A DNA stretch of 64,000 nt from contig NC_043004.1 in assembly GCF_006345805.1 (NCBI RefSeq), positions 56,482,001 through 56,546,000 of the forward strand, read 5' to 3'. Below the pieces are notes generated by a model, which was not told where the DNA came from, searched no databases, and saw only the letters and a program-made list of their open reading frames with translations. The translations under genes were made by a program, and so were the position numbers. How positions within the stretch are numbered: position 1 is the stretch's first letter; the number at the start of each line of letters is the position of its first letter. Shown here in pieces: positions 62,015 to 64,000 of this stretch. This DNA is from Octopus sinensis (taxonomy: Eukaryota).

Positions 62015-64000
62015 GGCCAAGGTGCTAGCCAAGAGGTTGGCGCTTGTCATCGAGAAACTGGTCGACAAGGCGCAAACATGCGCCGTGCCAGGCCGGACCA
62101 TCCATGACAACCTCCATCTGATGCGCTACATCATAGACAGGGTAGTTAACGAACCTGGCATGGGTGGGGCCCTGATCAACTTGGATCAATCAAAAGCCTT
62201 TGATAGGGTAGACCATCGATACTTGGAGGCAGTCCTGAGAGCGGCTGGTTTCGGTCCCGTCTTCCGCGGCTGGATAGCTGCCTTGTACAGAGGCATCCGT
62301 TCGGTAATTCGCGTAAATGGACATCTATCGAGACCTTTCGACATTGCACGTTCGGTCCGTCAGGGATGCCCCCTCTCGGCGCTTCTATACGTATTGACTC
62401 TTGAGCCACTACTGCGGAAGCTGGCGACTAAGGGGCATCCCGCGAGAATTGGGATGCGGGACGAGCGTGTCTGCATACGCGGACGACGTCACCGTCATAG
62501 TGTCTAGCCACGAGCACATCGAGCTGGTCGGCGGACACTGAAAAACTACGAAGCGGTGACAGGAGCGAAAATCAACCGGGAAAAGTCAGTGGGCTTGCGA
62601 CTAGGCACCTGGAGAAGCAAGCCCATGCCGTCCACCAGCGCCTCCGTCGTGGGACGCTGGACCGACGGCCCGGTTGAGTTGCTCGGGGTCTGGTTTGGTC
62701 CGGACCTCCAAGTGGAGAAGAACTGGAACGAGATACGAGTAGGGTGGTCACTCTCGCCCGGCAATGGGCCGAGAGGAAACTGTCCCTAAAAGGTCGAGCG
62801 AGGAGGTGGCGAACACGTACATCGCGTCCGTCATCTACTACCGCCTGACCGTCGTACCTTGTCCCGACCCTACCATCACCAAACTACAACGCATCCTCTT
62901 TCGCTTCTTGTGGAAAGGATGCGTCCCGATGGTCAGGCGATCCATTTGCTGTCAACACCCGTTAAAAGGAGGGCTGGGCATGCCGTGGTTGATGATGCGC
63001 AGACACGCGCTGAGACTGCGACATCTCTGGCTCTATGTAGACGACGGTGAACAGGTGTGGTCGCCGTTTGTGAGGCACGCTTTCCCGCAGCTCGTCTCCA
63101 TGACCGAACTGCAGTCGTGGATCAAAAAGAGGCCGAGGAAGGGCGAATGGCACCGCGAGTGTCGCGTTGCTCTCAAGCAACTCTGCCGTCCTGGGTCGAC
63201 CTTAAGTGACTTCAACACAACCAAAGCATTCTATAGGGGTTTAGTGGAGGGGAGGTACGACGACGAGCTCGGGGCGAACCTGGACGTCGACGAGGAGTAC
63301 CTGACCCGCCTGTTCGGGACGACTTTCGGGCCAGGGCCCATGGACAACTTCCAGAGATCCCTGGCCTGGCAGTGCTACCGAGAAGCGCTACCCGTTCGGG
63401 ATAAGCTCTACAGACACGGCTCGAGAAACACGGGGCCGACCTGCCCGAGATGCGGTCAGAGCGACGAAACCGTTCTGCACGCACTCGTTCAGTGTCCAAC
63501 AATTTCCGACCTGTGGGCTTATGTCGAACAACTGCTGTCACGTGTGGGACGAGTCGGTTTATCAGCTGAGTCTATCGTCAATATTGTCACGCCTCCTTCC
63601 TTCAAACGGGAAGGAAGAGCTATTTTCATCATCCTTGTGGCTATGGCGAAAGAATGTATCTGGTGGACGCGTCTGAAAGGATTAGAGACAAACACTTTCC
63701 TCTCTGGTCAATCTCTCATCAACTTCTTCAAGTACCACTTGAAAAGGAAAGTGAGAGTAGAGAGGCAAGTTTTGTCTAGCGAATGTTTTAAAAAAAGATG
63801 GTGTGAATGTAGCAAGAATGGCACGTATGAATGACGAAGCCACCTTGAGCATAGTCCTATGAACCCAGAAATCGAAAACAGAGAGTTGCTTATTTGCAAA
63901 AAAAAAAAAAAAAAAGAAATATAAAATGTGACTTCATTGACCGAGGTTACCGTGGTCTTTTCCGCAGGCTTTTCTTTCCACGGGTAAACCTCACCTGTCC
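62013..64000 (+). mobile_element. Element 5: 5'-truncated copy of the element 4 family (runs off the window in the 3' UTR)
   Basis: Starts TTGGCCAAGG, matching element 4 position 59663. Near-identical to element 4 thereafter; ORF2 stop at 63862. Confidence 0.92.

Overview
This is AT-rich eukaryotic DNA dense in microsatellites and SINEs, with one 100-N gap. The SINE families resemble those I recall from Octopus, so a coleoid cephalopod is likely; this is inference, not a database result. No complete host gene is visible, only a few weak exon candidates on the minus strand. The main content is a set of Tx1/L1-clade non-LTR retrotransposons that appear sequence-specific. (i) Three insertions sit at the same position in the tRNA-derived head of SINE family A, between the A and B boxes, with ~16-bp AAGTAGCTTGCT(A/T)ACC duplications. 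Two of these (20440-22583, 33696-35687) are ~2-kb elements encoding only an ORF1/gag-like CCHC protein. The third (35704-43787) is an ORF1+ORF2 element with a 2767-bp internal duplication, stacked directly behind the second. (ii) A different full-length Tx1 (55820-61912) and a 5'-truncated sister copy (62013-end) lie in a (CTAT)n microsatellite. (iii) All four complete 3' ends carry a small (T/A)GCC-N5/6-GGC(A/T) hairpin, and the tail of a Meta-domain-like SINE matches these Tx1 tails. (iv) 3' fragments of an R4/Dong-like element sit in (AAT)n tracts. Also present are non-autonomous Helitrons, MITE-like foldbacks, Tc1/mariner relics and many simple repeats. Most short ORFs in the supplied track are microsatellite or antisense artefacts.
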